A stretch of 63,981 nt of DNA, filler included, from Thelocarpon superellum (lineage: Eukaryota), in assembly GCA_026025795.1 (NCBI GenBank). It is 4 parts of 4 records of this genome, joined end to end, with 100 filler letters (N's around TTAATTAATTAA, not from the genome) between each part and the next. Parts side by side here need not be neighbours in the genome. Positions count along the whole stretch, not along the records: positions 35,448 to 52,902 come from JAPEUG010000373.1; 3 more parts are not named here. The stretch is one strand, 5' to 3'. The position numbers and the translations under genes were made by a program. Shown here one piece after another: positions 36,680 through 49,085 of the stretch. Within the stretch, counting starts at the first letter, position 1; each line of letters begins with the position of its first letter. A model generated the notes under the pieces. The model did not search any database and was not told the DNA's origin. It was given only the letters and a program-made list of their open reading frames with translations.

Positions 36680-38417
36680 ATGGCGGCAATCAACCAATTC
36701 TTGATGATGGTGTACTCGTACCTGCTCTTCTGCCATGGTCTCGTTTCGCTGTGCACTGGCGCCGGTAGTGCTGCGGCGTATCATTCAAATGGACAACGGC
36801 CGATTCTGGACACGCCTGCCAGGCGAGTTGCAATCATCGGTACGTACAGCTCACGAGCATGACCATGGCCATTGCAACTGACGGTTGACCTTAGGGGCTG
36901 GATCCGGGGGCGCCTCCACCGCCTACTATGTCCATAAATATGCGGAGGAGCTCGGGGAGGCGGTCAACATGACAGTCTTTGAGCGGTCTCCCTATGTTGG
37001 CGGACGCTCTACCACGGTCGACGTGTACGCAGATCCATCTCAGCCAGTGGAGCTTGGGGCCTCGATCTTTGTCAAGGTCAACAAGAATCTGGTGGCGGCG
37101 TCAACGGAGTTTGGCTTGAACATGACGAGTTTCATCGCCTCACGACCTCAAGACGCCGCCGACGAGCTTGGAGTGTGGGACGGGCAGCAGTTCCGCTTCA
37201 GGCAGAGCAAGGGAGGGAGGAGCTGGTGGAACATTGGCAAGCTGATCTGGAAGTACGGGCTCGCGCCATACCGCACCCAACGACTGATGCAGGCGACCGT
37301 GAAGAGCTTCCTTCAGCTCTACGAAGCGCCCTACTTTCCGTTCCAGTCACTATCCCAAGCCACTTACGACCTGAACCTGACAGAGGCGACATCGTCCACG
37401 GGCGAGGAGTACCTCAGGAGAAACTACATCGAGCCGCCCTTCTCTACGGAAATCATTCAAGCCAGCACGCGCGTTAATTACGGCCAGAACCTCGGGCTCA
37501 TCCACGGTCTAGAGACGATCGTGTGCATGTCTACGGACGGCGCCATGGCCATCGAGGGAGGCAACTGGCAGATCTTCTCGGGGATGGTGCAAGCCGCGGG
37601 GGCAGAGCTCAAGCTCAACACCTCCGTAACATCGATCGCACGAGGATCAGACGGGACCTACAGGCTCGAGACGAGCGCAGCCGGGCCCAACACACCCCCT
37701 GAGATCTACGACGACGTCGTCCTAGCCGCGCCCCTCCAGTTCGCCGATCTGACCATCACGCCGCCCCTCGCTCACTCGCCCGACAAGATCCCCTACGTCA
37801 CCCTTCACGTAACGCTCTTCACGAGCCCCCACCGCCTCTCACCTGCCTTCTTCAACCTACCACCATCCACCGCCGTCCCAAACGTCATCCTCACCACCTT
37901 GGCCGAGACGGATCACCCAGGGAGCGACCGTCACGGCGTCGGCAGCGCAGGCTTCTTCAGCATCAGCACGCTCCGTCAAGTCTTTAACCCGGCCGAGGAG
38001 GAGCGGCATAGGCCCGAATATCTGTACAAGATCTTTTCGCCGACGGAACCAAGCGAGGAGTTTCTTGCTTCTCTCCTTGGTCTCCCTCTTCCCTCTTCCT
38101 CCTCCTCTTCCTCCTCCTCCTCCTCCTCCTCCTCTACGATCACCGGAATATCATGGCTCCACCGCAAAAAATGGCATTCCTATCCCTACCTCTACCCGCG
38201 CGTCACCTTCGAAGAGATCCAGCTGGCGCCAGGCCTGTGGTACACGAGTGGCATCGAGAGCTTCATCAGCACCATGGAAACCTCGTCGCTTATGGGCATG
38301 AATGTTGCGCGGTTGCTGGTTGATTCGTGGTTGCGAGGCGCCAAGCTCGCGGTAAATGACGAGAATGAGAATGGAGACGGTGGAGACGATGGTGCGGGTG
38401 GCAGGGTCGAGCTGTGA
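36680..38417 (+). CDS. Prenylcysteine oxidase/lyase (FAD-dependent)
   Basis: Signal peptide, RRVAIIG/AGSGGASTAY Rossmann motif split by one intron, VELGASIFV, ASTRVNYGQ, SFISTMETSSLMGMNVARL. Confidence 0.92.
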
Positions 38418-38554
38418 CGTTTGCTGGTTGATCTGGCTCTTACTCTTGACTATTCATAGTAGGTACACTAGCCGGCTCTCGAAGTATGAAAGGGAATGCA
38501 CTACCCCTCCCCCCAAACGTCCATAACCACCCTTGGCGATGACCCGATAAAGTG

Positions 38555-40332
38555 CTAAGTCGAAAAAGGACGAAGGTACGCACGGGCCCAAAGCGCCATA
38601 TTCGCACCCACGGCCAGATCTACCATCTGCAGTGCCTCGTGGTGCAGGATCAACTTTCCCAGTTTGGCATCTTGCCCTTTGCGCCCTCCGCCGGGTGCCT
38701 GTAAGAGGTCGGGCGTGATGGACGGATAAAGGGACGTGGCGGTGTCGAGATGTCGAGACGACGAGGAAGAGGGAGAGAGAGATGGGGGCAAGGAGGGATT
38801 GAGGGATGGAGGTGGGTCCCGAGACGATGGAATAGACCGGCGTCGGAGCGAGGAAACGGTCGACGATGCAGCGGACGATAGACGCTGCGTCATTGAAGCT
38901 TTCCCTCCTGCTGCTGTCTTCGTCGATCGAGGTAGGTTAAATCGCAGCTCGCTGGCAGGCTGGCCGGCGGATGATGATGAAGGGAGGAAATGCTGGCACT
39001 TTTGGGTGCTTCCGTCAGAGAGTACTTTCTCGCATTCTTGCAGACTTGCGTACCTTCAAGCTGCGTCCTCCACCTCCTGTCATGAATTCGCATCGGCCTC
39101 CCCACGGACTCGTGACGTGGTACCCCCTCGAAGGCGGGAGCTTTCTCTCTTCCACCTCCGCAGTGCTGTCCCTTTCCCCAGACGGGTTTGGTCCGTCCAG
39201 GCTCTTCCCGGACGACGAACTTCTCCGGGAGTAATCCTCCGATCCGGGTCGAGCTCGGGATGTTGTTGGTAGGGAGCGCGTCCAGAAAGAAGTCGGCTCG
39301 CCTGAACAGATATCCCGTCGGAACACACCATCGCCTGTCCCACGAGTGATGAATTGGTCGTAGCCGGGGTTGAAGATCTCGACGCTGGCCAAAGGCTCGT
39401 TCGTCTTCTGCAAGGTCTTTGACCCTGGGATGGATGATGATCGTCGGCTGTGGTAGCTGTCTGACTTGATCACAATCTTCCCTACGTTCCACTGGTTGCC
39501 GGATGCGGGATCGCGGCGGATCACGGTCATCGATAAGACCTCGGGGGTAGCCGCCAGGGCATCATCGCCATGCTGGCTCGTTCTGGCGGTTCCTACGGAG
39601 GCGGTAAGATTATCCTTGGTAGCAGAGACGTTCCATCGATGAGGATCGTCGTGAGATAGGGACCCACGAGGGTAGACGCCTTCTCGCGAAACCCTGTTCG
39701 GAGGTTCGTTCTCCCTTCCACCACAGACAGCGTAGCCAGCTTGAGCCACAACATGCTCCCCGCGTGGTCCCAAGGGCTTCCTATCGCCCCATTGCACCGA
39801 AGCAGACGAGTGTCCTTGACGCGTGGTCACGACCGGCTTCCGTCTGATCTGTGAGGAGGCTGCTGGAGGAAGTGTACGCATGGTAGGTCGGGGATTCCAC
39901 CCCGATGAGGTCGATGCCGTATCCGACTGAGAGTCTTCGAGATCGTGGCTCCGTTGCCCCGGTCTGGACGGCGTGGGTCCCGACCGCAAAGAGCTCTGAA
40001 CCTGCAGCTCTTCAACACCTCCGGTGGAAAGCTCTCCGTCATTCATGTGGAGGTAATACAGAGAGCTGGAAACGTCCTCAGCCGTGACGACCTCCAGACG
40101 TGGCTTCATAGTGGTCAGGAACACGTCTTGAATCTGTGATCAGCATCAAGACATTATCAACGTAGCCTCGAGGATGAGATCCCACACCTCGACTACCGGG
40201 CACGCGGGCAATGTACAGCACCAAGGAGTCCAGGGAGGAGGGTTGAGTCAGACTCCGGGGATTTGGCGGCGGATTGGACGCCAGTTGCGTCACCAACGAA
40301 AGCGACTTTGCATGGATGACAGAAGACGACAT
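38555..40332 (-). CDS. Conserved fungal hypothetical protein
   Basis: Three exons joined at GT-AG signals. Blocks LVLYIARVPGSR/DVFLTTMKP...SSLYYLH, IRRDPASGNQWNVGKI, SPWGGRCEF...GRSLK/C and AKLGKLIL...MVDLAVGANM. Confidence 0.75.
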
Positions 40333-41891
40333 GTCTACGGAGTGTGGAAAGCAATAAGCTTGACGATCATGAGCGGACGATGGGTGTCATGGCAAGGCTC
40401 GTAGGCCACGTCAAGCATCCACCAATTCGGAAGGAAAGGTCAAGAGACATTGCTATCTTGGGGTGTCCACCCGTCAATGTTGTTGCCTCTGCGCGTAACA
40501 TATCCGCAGCATGCCTAAGTGGTATTGGGACCCGACACGTATCTATATTGCGGTGGTATGACCAAACGACCAGGGGAGAGTATGGGGGCGTGGGAGCATC
40601 GGAGCGTGAAAGCTCGAGAGCTCGGGAGTATGGGGCAGGGAGTACGGGAGCATGGACGCACCGCCTTGGTGGCGGTGACGTGGACGAGGCAGACTGGCGT
40701 GGTCCGAGCCTATCGGTCCGTGCCGTTCAGTGTGGCTCAGCACGAGAAAGCCGAGCCCACGGTTCGCAGCTCGGTGGAACGCAATGATTGCTACAGCCCG
40801 AGGTCGTAAGTGTTGCAAATCCTTCCTAGCCGCAAGTATAGCCACCCCAGTCTCAGTAACGGCTGCTGAGACTCGAAATGTCATTATCGATGAGGATTTC
40901 TGATTCTATCTCTTATGCTCCCTCGAGAAGTCTGCCAGGGTCTTCCAAGTGCCCTTATTGTGGCACTGGAACCTGTTAATTGCGGGAAACAAAGTCGGTT
41001 CGGTAGGGTATGTTTATCCTCGTAGGGTTAGCAACACGTGCGACCTCTTGCCTACGTGACCGACCGAGGCGGGCAGCAGAAGTTTGTGCCGGCCAGGAGG
41101 GGTCGACACCACCCGCCAAGATTCGGGCGTGGACTCTTGCTGGCCGCCTCAAATTACTGATTATGTCATCCTCCAACCACAGCGAGCCGTGCAGGCGGGA
41201 AGCAAAGCTCCCGTACCTCGACAATCACGACGGAGTCGGAAATAGGTCTTGGAACCCTACAACATCACGATATCCTAGTCAATGGTCGATGTCTACAAGT
41301 CCGCCCAGCTGTTCGCTTCGTCGTCACACTCGGTTCCAAAGTCAGTGGCATGGAAACTCGCAACGTGATGCAGATGACGTGTCAGCTGCATGGAAGAATT
41401 GATCTGTGTTTGAGCAGGAATAGCATTGATGAGAATGAGTTGGTTGGCTATCTTGATCATCCTTATGCCTCATGCTAGTTCGATATCCTTCCGCATGGAT
41501 ATGGGAAGACAGGGACTAAGTACCGAGTCTCAGCAGGGTTGGAGCACAGCAAGAAACCAGAGTTGAGAGCGCTTTTGGCATGGAGGTTGCCACTTCAGAG
41601 CGCGGACAGCAATCGAGCAAGTCAAACAACCATCACACTTGACCATGTTCATGCACTGTGTCTGATTGGATGATCTGATGGCATCCTTGGCTCCACCTAT
41701 GGAGCTCTTGGCCATCATGTTTGGTTTCAGATTGACAGTGGCTGGCGTTTGCTTGGCGTAGCAGCTTCTCGGTCCGTATATGATGAACGCAGTGCCCCTC
41801 CATTGAAATGCTTTCTCGGCGCGCCAACGTTGAGACCGTGCCGGTCAAGAGTTGAGACCAATTGGTCCATCGTCTACCTTTGACTCAAGTC

Positions 41892-43501
41892 ATGATGTGT
41901 CGTCGCACATTCGGCATTGCTAGATTATGTTGCAGCCTGGACACATATTGCCTGGTCACGTACTTCGTCCTTTACTGTCCAACATTCTTGACGATATCCA
42001 AGTCCACGTCCACATCTACTCCGTTGTCCATGAATAATACACACAGCCATCTCGCTGTGGCCGCCTTCCGCAATGTGCTGGGCATTGCTCATCCGCGGAT
42101 GAAAGAGCTGGCGGGAGCGGCCCGACGGGAGCTGGAGGAAACAATTGCACCCGCCCGGTTCTCGGACTTGTCTGACTTGGCGGAGCGGATGAGAGCGTTT
42201 ATCAAGCTGGCAACTGCCATTTGAACCGAGCCGCGCCTGAACGCTGGGCCGCTCGGGGACCTCCTGCACCTGCAATTTCCGTGGCTAAGTGCGTCGCAAC
42301 TCGAATACACGCCCTGGTCACCACCGTCGCCGCCGTCGCCCGGGCATCGGCATCAACCACGGCGGATGTCACCCAATCAGCTAGGCCGAAAGGCACTCGA
42401 GACCACCGGAATAGGGGTGTGCGTGGGGAATGGCAACGTGGTGCTCGCTGGACACCTGATCCGCACGCTACGTACTGTCCTCAATTCAACGCTCCCGATC
42501 GAAATTGCCTTCCACGGAGAACAGGACCTCACGCAGGAAGCGCACGACACGGTGATGGCACTCGCAGAGAACATGTCACTGCTGGGTTTGTCCAAAATCT
42601 TCCAACATCCCAGTGTGGGTCTCTACCAGAGCTGGGCGCTGAAGCCTTTTGATTTGCTTGCTAGTCGTTTCCAGCGCGTCATCCTCGTCGACGCAGACGT
42701 CATCTTCATGCCAAAGCCCGACAACCTCTTCGAGACAGAGCCGGGCCTGATGGAGACAGGCACTTTGTTCTGGCACGACCGGGCCATTGACTGTCTGATG
42801 GGCAGTCTTCGCGATTGGCTGAAGCCCATCCTAGGAGATTGACGGCCTAGCTCGACGCTGCAAAGAAGCTTGATGTGGACCAACAACTCGCGCGTGGAGA
42901 TGGAGTCCGGGGTGATATGCATGGACAAGGGCCGACCAGGGGTTTTCTTCAGCACGGTGCTTGCTGCGTGGATGAACACCGGTGACATCCGACCAGACAT
43001 CTACAAGGACTTGCATGGTATGTCTTTTCCCCCCTCCACATGCCCCGGCCATGTCCATCCCCTCAACTGACAGCGCGCACAGGCGACAAAGAAACATACT
43101 GGCTTGCGACGGAGCTGACGGCAACGTCCTACCACTTCGTGGCCGAGTACGCCGGCTCAGTCAGGGTGCTCAACAACTCGACGTCAATCTGTGGCCCGCA
43201 AGTAGCTCACAGCGACAGCGCCGGAAGGCTATTCTGGGTCGATTGCAGCCTGCGCCGCGACAAACGCCGCAGTCGCGACTTGGCCGTCTTCACGCACTGG
43301 CAGCGCGGCATGTCCTCCTTCCCCGGCAACGGGTCGTGGGTGATGGACAGCGCGGCGCGCTGGTGTTTGAACGGCTCGGCGCCCATTCTGCTCTCCGAAG
43401 TGGGCCTGGACAGCGTCATGCAGGCTTCGCTGCGCGAGATGCAACGTATCGAAGACTCGTCTGATTGTGTGGGCTGGAACGAGACCTTTTCTTCGGATTA
43501 G
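41892..43501 (+). pseudogene. GT71 (Mnn1/Mnt-type) alpha-mannosyltransferase interrupted by two in-frame TGA codons
   Basis: One frame carries QFPW, HLIRTLRTVLNSTLPIEI, WALKPF...VILVDADVIF, TGTLFWHDR, EMESGVICMDK and HGDKETYWLA. TGA at 42222-42224 and 42840-42842. One intron at about 43018-43083. Confidence 0.8.
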
Positions 43502-44048
43502 CAGACGTGAGGCCTGCTTTCTACCTCAATTGCTTCCTTCGAGCTTTCGTACGGGCCTTTCTTCCCCATCAGGCGGCATTTCAGTGGATGCAATCGAGTG
43601 AAATGGCAACGAGCCCCCGCCGGGGATAGATTGTGCACTACTTTGGCCTTGGCGCTCTGCTAGCTGTCGACCACGACCGTACACCTCATGTCGCTGGCCA
43701 GACATTGGTCCACGAAAGATGAGATTCAGCACTTCATTTCTATACTTCATCCGAGCCTCTTCCAGGACATCCTGGAGATGAGAAGACAGGGAGTGGGAAA
43801 TAACGACGGAAAGATGATGGAGACAGGGCCGATCACGCGTGTATGAGTACGAACAGGGCCGAGTCAATCCGACCTACGGACAATTCATCGTCGCTTCCTT
43901 CGGAAAAGCATGGTGCATCCATTCTGCCATCGCTACCAAAGAAAACGAAAAACCCCGTGCTGGTCCTGATTCCGATCCCGATCCCGATCCCGATCCCGTT
44001 CCCGGCCTTGGTCCTAATCCTGATGTCGCGCTAGAGGATTCGCCCTGT

Positions 44049-45326
44049 CTATACCACCGTCTCCGCTCCTTCCCCTTCCGCCACGATCGGGACGGATAAG
44101 CCGCGATCGGGGCTCTGCAAGACGAGCTGTTCGTGGCGTCGGGCCTTAAGAAAGTTGCTGACGGCGCGGATCAAGATGAACCAGCCGACAATCATGAGCA
44201 GATAGGCCAGCCAATCACTGCTGGTGATGCTGGCCATGGCCCCGCGTGAGCTCGCACTGGTGTTGCCATCGGACGCATCGGCCATGGCCGCCACGGCCAC
44301 CGCGGCGTTCGAGATGCTGGACGTGTCAAAGTCGTGGCTGTTGGGATCTTGCGGTTGGGCATATGCCGGATCGGCCGATGGAGTTCCGGCCCGACCCTTC
44401 GCGCTCTTCATGTAGAACCCGTACTGCACCAAGGTGATACCGAGGCCCGCCTTGCTACCATTCTTCGCCGCGTGCGTCGTGTGGAGGAGGTAGGTGAGGA
44501 GGAAGCCGACGAGCTGAAATGACATCGAGATCATGCCGTTCCAGACAAAGGAGAAGGCCGAGCCCACAGGAAGGCCATCGATGAAGACTTCGTCGGGACC
44601 CACGCCGGGCGCCAGGATGGTCGTCTCCCAGTACGGTGGCGTGGCATCGGCAGCGGCTTGCTCATAACTCTGCGTCATTATCAGTCTACCTTCCTCTTGG
44701 TCGGTCGATGTAGATCCATTTCACCTACCGGTGGCTGTTCCTCCGTCTTCTCTCCCCGCTCGGGCTTGGCGTCGAGGTTGGCAAACACGCCGTCGTTGAC
44801 CGAGGCCGACCCACCGCCGTACACTCGGCCCGAAGGCGTGGCAGGAGCCGCGTCTGCGACCGATGGGAAGAGGGTGTTACGTCGCGGGAGGGCGTTCGGC
44901 CGGCCGCCATCCTGCCCGGCTCGGGTGTCGTCCATGGGTGTCGTTGCGGGCTCGGCGGTGCCGGTCGTCATCCGGTGCATCAGTCGTTCTCGGTCATCGC
45001 CATCTCCCTCGTCACTGCTCTCCAGTCCATCTTCATCCGACGGTACGTCGAAGCTATCGGCCAGAGCTTGATCGGCCTCGGCGGTTAAAGGGTCATGGGA
45101 CAGCACATGTCGTGATGCAGGCGACGACGCTCGCGACCGGAATGACGGTGGCGGCGAGTTGGGCACTTCGTTCTGAGGACTCGTCGGGCTGTCGCCCTCC
45201 TCGTGCCCCGAAACCTGTGTGTTGATGGATTAGCTAACGTCGACGGGGACGGTCGGGATGAGGTGTGGTTGTGGCGGTGTCGCCTTAACCAAGACCACGT
45301 ACCCTCTCATAGCGATGCGAGCTCAT
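44049..45326 (-). CDS. BSD2: Bsd2 metal-homeostasis protein (Rsp5 adaptor)
   Basis: MSSHRYER first exon, DGVFANLDAKP, PP/SYEQAAADATPPYWETTI, SFQLVGFLLTYLLHTTHAAKNGSKAGLGITL. Confidence 0.92.
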
Positions 45327-46012
45327 GATGAGCCGCCGAGCAGGCTGACTCTTGCAGTCAGAGAAGATGCGCGATGCGAAGCTCCAACGAGGCGGAGGGA
45401 AGGTGAAGAGGAAAGAAGGGAACGAGTGGTGAGATGAGCGCCGTCTCGGTTGGCTTGACCCCGATGAGTCCTCACAGGGCACGGGTTGAGGGGGCGAGGC
45501 GTCAACCCAGCGTAGGCGTGACGACGTAGCCGGGAGCCGTCTATTTCCGGTCACGTTTACTGGGTACGAATGCCGGCAGATCGGGCCTGTTGGCGTCCTG
45601 GTATCTTCTCGGCGCTCGCTTTCCCGTGGCTCCGGCACGTTAAATACAGTCACCGCGACTGCTTAAAAGCATGGATATCGCATGTTCGCACCTCTCGTCC
45701 TGGACAGGTCCTCTCTACGACGACAGTGACACCAAGGCCCAGGTACATTTGTGGTGAAAGCGGTCCAGCATGACTTTGGTGGGACGCTTGGGAACGCCCC
45801 ATGGCCCGGCAGGAGTTGTTTTGGTTAGGCGAGATTAGCTAATGGCCAGCATCGATGCTAAGCCCGCCGGCCGGACCGACGTTGATGAGTCAGCATTATC
45901 GAAGGTCAAATGCAATTCCATTCCAAGTCTTACGCGTCATCGGATTGCGTTGTTGGGTTGAAGACCATTTGGTAGCATTGGAAACCCTACATTACGCGGC
46001 AACGCTGTCGCG

Positions 46013-46535
46013 ATGGCACAGTCGGTGAGTGCTACCTGCGCGTGCTTCCTCGAAAAGACTAGAAGTGGTACTGATCGTTCCTCCAACGTTAGGCCGCATA
46101 TAAGCATTTCCTACGGATCATCAACCGATGGCCCAAGGACATTCTCCGCCCCGAAGTGTCTTTCGAGAAGGCACTCCGCCGACGGGTTGACGCGCAATTC
46201 CTCCCCAAGCCTCCCACGGGGGTAGGGAAAGATGGTGCGCCGCTCGCCTCAGCAACACCGGCACCTATCGCGGAAGCTGCGGCGCTGAAGGAAGCGAATG
46301 TGCTGTACTCTCTACTTGAGAATCGCTACTCCAACAAGGTGAGCTCTCACCGCCACCCGTGAGCACTTTCGAGGTTCTGAGCTATGCGCAGTATCCTCTC
46401 TCGGAATCCTACCTACGACCCGCGTCAAATCCGACGCACTACACGGACCTGCTGGCGGAACTGGAGGCCGCGCCAAAGCGTACCTGGCTGCAGCAACGAC
46501 TGAACAAGTGGAAGGGCTTTCTGCGCTTCTCATGA
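46013..46535 (+). CDS. CBP6: Cbp6/UQCC2-like complex III assembly factor
   Basis: Exons MAQS / AAYKHFLRIINRWPKDILRP...NVLYSLLENRYSNK / YPLSESYLRPASNPTHYTDLLAELEAAPKR...FLRFS*. Not present as a single ORF in the ORF track. Confidence 0.8.
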
Positions 46536-46660
46536 GTCTACCTTGATCCACACCACTGCATTGTCGGCGTTCTGGACGGATAGAGGGAAAATCAGATCTT
46601 CGGCTTGTTGTACCTCCCTGATATCGAATCTTGACAGCTACTCTTGCAGAACGAGTTACG

Positions 46661-46894
46661 GGGGGCCAGGAGCCACGACGTCCGACGAGAAACTTAGCGC
46701 TGGGATACAGGTGTGAATGCGAATACCATTGCGGACGCTAAGTATCTCGTCGAACGTCGCGGCCCCTAGGCTCCCGCCTCTATAACTGGTATGATCCTAT
46801 ATCGTTGAGATCGTTCATACTCTCCCGAGAGCCAGGGGGCCCGGGGCCCGGGGGCTGGGGGCCAGGAGCCGCGACGTTCGATGACGAGTTTAGC
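46661..46894. repeat. Three copies of a ~40-bp unit in forward-reverse-forward order
   Basis: GGGGCCAGGAGCCACGACGTCCGACGAGAAACTTAGCG at about 46662, its imperfect reverse complement at about 46736-46775, and a diverged direct copy at about 46857-46894. Confidence 0.7.
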
Positions 46895-47206
46895 TCCACG
46901 CGCTTACATTTTTAGCATCGTGTCAAGGCAGTACGGGACCATGTACCCCGACGGGCGAAATACACAAGAAATTCTATGCAGTGTCTAGCTAGCGGAACAA
47001 AACTACCTAAGGGTAGATACCTTTCCAGGATCAGCAAGTCCCCAGCGCCAGCCTGATGATATCGACAACGCCGTCTGCTATGTACATGGAGAGGCACTCG
47101 GTCCCATCCAGCGGAATGAGCTGGCGAAGCCGCCGTCCGGCCGGCGAACGGATAGGTGGAGAGGGATGGGCGATGGAGAGAGTCGAGATGGCGTGCCAGC
47201 CCTAGT

Positions 47207-48379
47207 CTAGGGCACGTAGTTGCTCGGCTTGGCGGCCAAAGTAGCCATTTTTTCACGTTCCTGCTTTTCTAGCTCTCGCTTTTGCCGATCGGCTTTGGTG
47301 ATGCGGGGCTTCCGCACGACGTTGCCACCTCGCGTGCTGTTGCCTGACGCGGAGGCGCTGGCCCCACGGCCTGCCCCTCCTCCGCGGGTTGAGCCACCTC
47401 GACCACGACCTCGTCCACGCTTGGCCGGTCCACCGGCGCTGAGGCACATGTAAGCATATGAGAGGGAGTCCGGAGCAACAAAGACGTACCGCTCGATGGT
47501 CGGTTTCTCGCCGGCGGGCACAAGGGGGCCGCTGTAGACGAAGAAGCCGTCCTTGCTGGCGGCTGCTTGCTCCTCCCAGAGCATCTCCGCGTCATCAACA
47601 AAGGGATCGTCTTTGTCATACTCCTCGGTCTTGGTCTGCCGCTTCTTCTTCACTTTGCCAGTCCCGGTGGGCGCGGTGACGCCGCTCATCTCGACATTGC
47701 TCTCGGGATCGGAGAGGTCGACGGACATATCGTCGCCCGACGCCCCCGCCGATTCCGGTCCTAGCGCTGCCCCTGCCGCCGCCACCCGGGCTAGGCGGTC
47801 GCGCTGCGCGGCGATGCGGGGATAGAGGGCGTTGAAGCCATAACGTTCTTCGGCCATGCGGGCAAAGTTGATGGTCTTGTTCGTCTCGCCGTTCATGGCG
47901 ACTTCCAAGATAATGGTAGGCGCGCGATTCTCGGTCTGGTCACCTTGGGGCGCGGACGTGGGGCCCCCAAACAGCGCACTTGACAGCAGTCCATTTCCCT
48001 GTGGGAGGGGCGGGGGGGCGGCCTTCTGCCGAGCGGGTTTGGGCGAGGGTGTGGCGGACGCTGCCCCATTATTGGCGACGGCGGAACTCCGCTTCGTCGA
48101 GCTGTTGGCAGCGCCGGGGGAGTGGGTGGTGGACATGCGTGCGTCGTCGTCGAAGGGGGCCGTCATTCCCGACTTCCCTTGATCCCCGCTGGGGCATGGC
48201 GCCGCGGGTGGGGCGATCTCTACCGTGGAGGGCGACGAAGGTGAAGACACCACGCCATCACGCGACTGTAGACGCGGACCTTGCGAGAACGGATGGGGAT
48301 GCGTCGGCACCGTGCCTGAGGGTGGATCGATCAGACTGGCGATGGAGGGTGACGCACTGGCCCGGTTGACGGTCGCCAT
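47207..48379 (-). CDS. HPC2: HIR complex subunit Hpc2 (HUN/HRD domain)
   Basis: INFARMAEERYG and EEYDKDDPFVDDAEMLWEEQAAASKDGFFVYSGPL. Probable 51-nt intron at 47439-47489. Confidence 0.85.
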   Translation of the reverse strand: MATVNRASASPSIASLIDPPSGTVPTHPHPFSQGPRLQSRDGVVSSPSSPSTVEIAPPAAPCPSGDQGKSGMTAPFDDDARMSTTHSPGAANSSTKRSSAVANNGAASATPSPKPARQKAAPPPLPQGNGLLSSALFGGPTSAPQGDQTENRAPTIILEVAMNGETNKTINFARMAEERYGFNALYPRIAAQRDRLARVAAAGAALGPESAGASGDDMSVDLSDPESNVEMSGVTAPTGTGKVKKKRQTKTEEYDKDDPFVDDAEMLWEEQAAASKDGFFVYSGPLVPAGEKPTIERYVFVAPDSLSYAYMCLSAGGPAKRGRGRGRGGSTRGGGAGRGASASASGNSTRGGNVVRKPRITKADRQKRELEKQEREKMATLAAKPSNYVP

Positions 48380-49085
48380 GACAGACGTGGCAGCCGCGGG
48401 CGGACGTGGGTCGGGGAGCGGAGGCGGGGATGGCTTGGAATTATGCTGGAATGAGGGATGGCCCGACGGGCGTGGCCATGGCCGGGGGGCAGCTTGCTCG
48501 TGATGTGAGGGGGCAGATGAGAATAGGTGATATAGATGTAGTAGATGGAGGCTGATGCGAACGGGAATCGGCGGTGCGGCAGATCAGCAGCCGCAGTGGA
48601 ACTGGGCGCCGCTTCCGATCTGGACCTGCATGTAACCGCGGTGCGAGCGAAGAGACCCTGCGCCAATGAGCGGGGACCACAGTGGCGAGTCACCGAGACA
48701 TGCGACCGCTGGCGCAGCTGCCCTACTGGTCAGCTGTGCTCGATGGCCACCGGTTCAAACAGACGCGACCTGGGGGTTCGAAAGTGGTAGCCCTCGCTAC
48801 GGGCCATCGCTGGCCGCTGGTGCCGTGCCACGGGAGCGTCCTAGGGGCGTTAGCTAGGCCTGAGGCCTGGGCAAGGAGCCGAGGAGTGAGGAGTAGCCCC
48901 AGTCCTCTTCCATACCGTTAGGCTGCGTCCTCGGGGAGGGTCCCAAGCGATGGCTTGCAGCTGGCGCCCCCCCCCGGAAACGAGCAACTCTAAATCTAGG
49001 GACGGCACGGTAGTGTTCGAGTGGAGCTTCAAAGAGCCCCGCCCTGCCGCCACACTCAACTTGTAGAAATGATCATCGCAACAAC

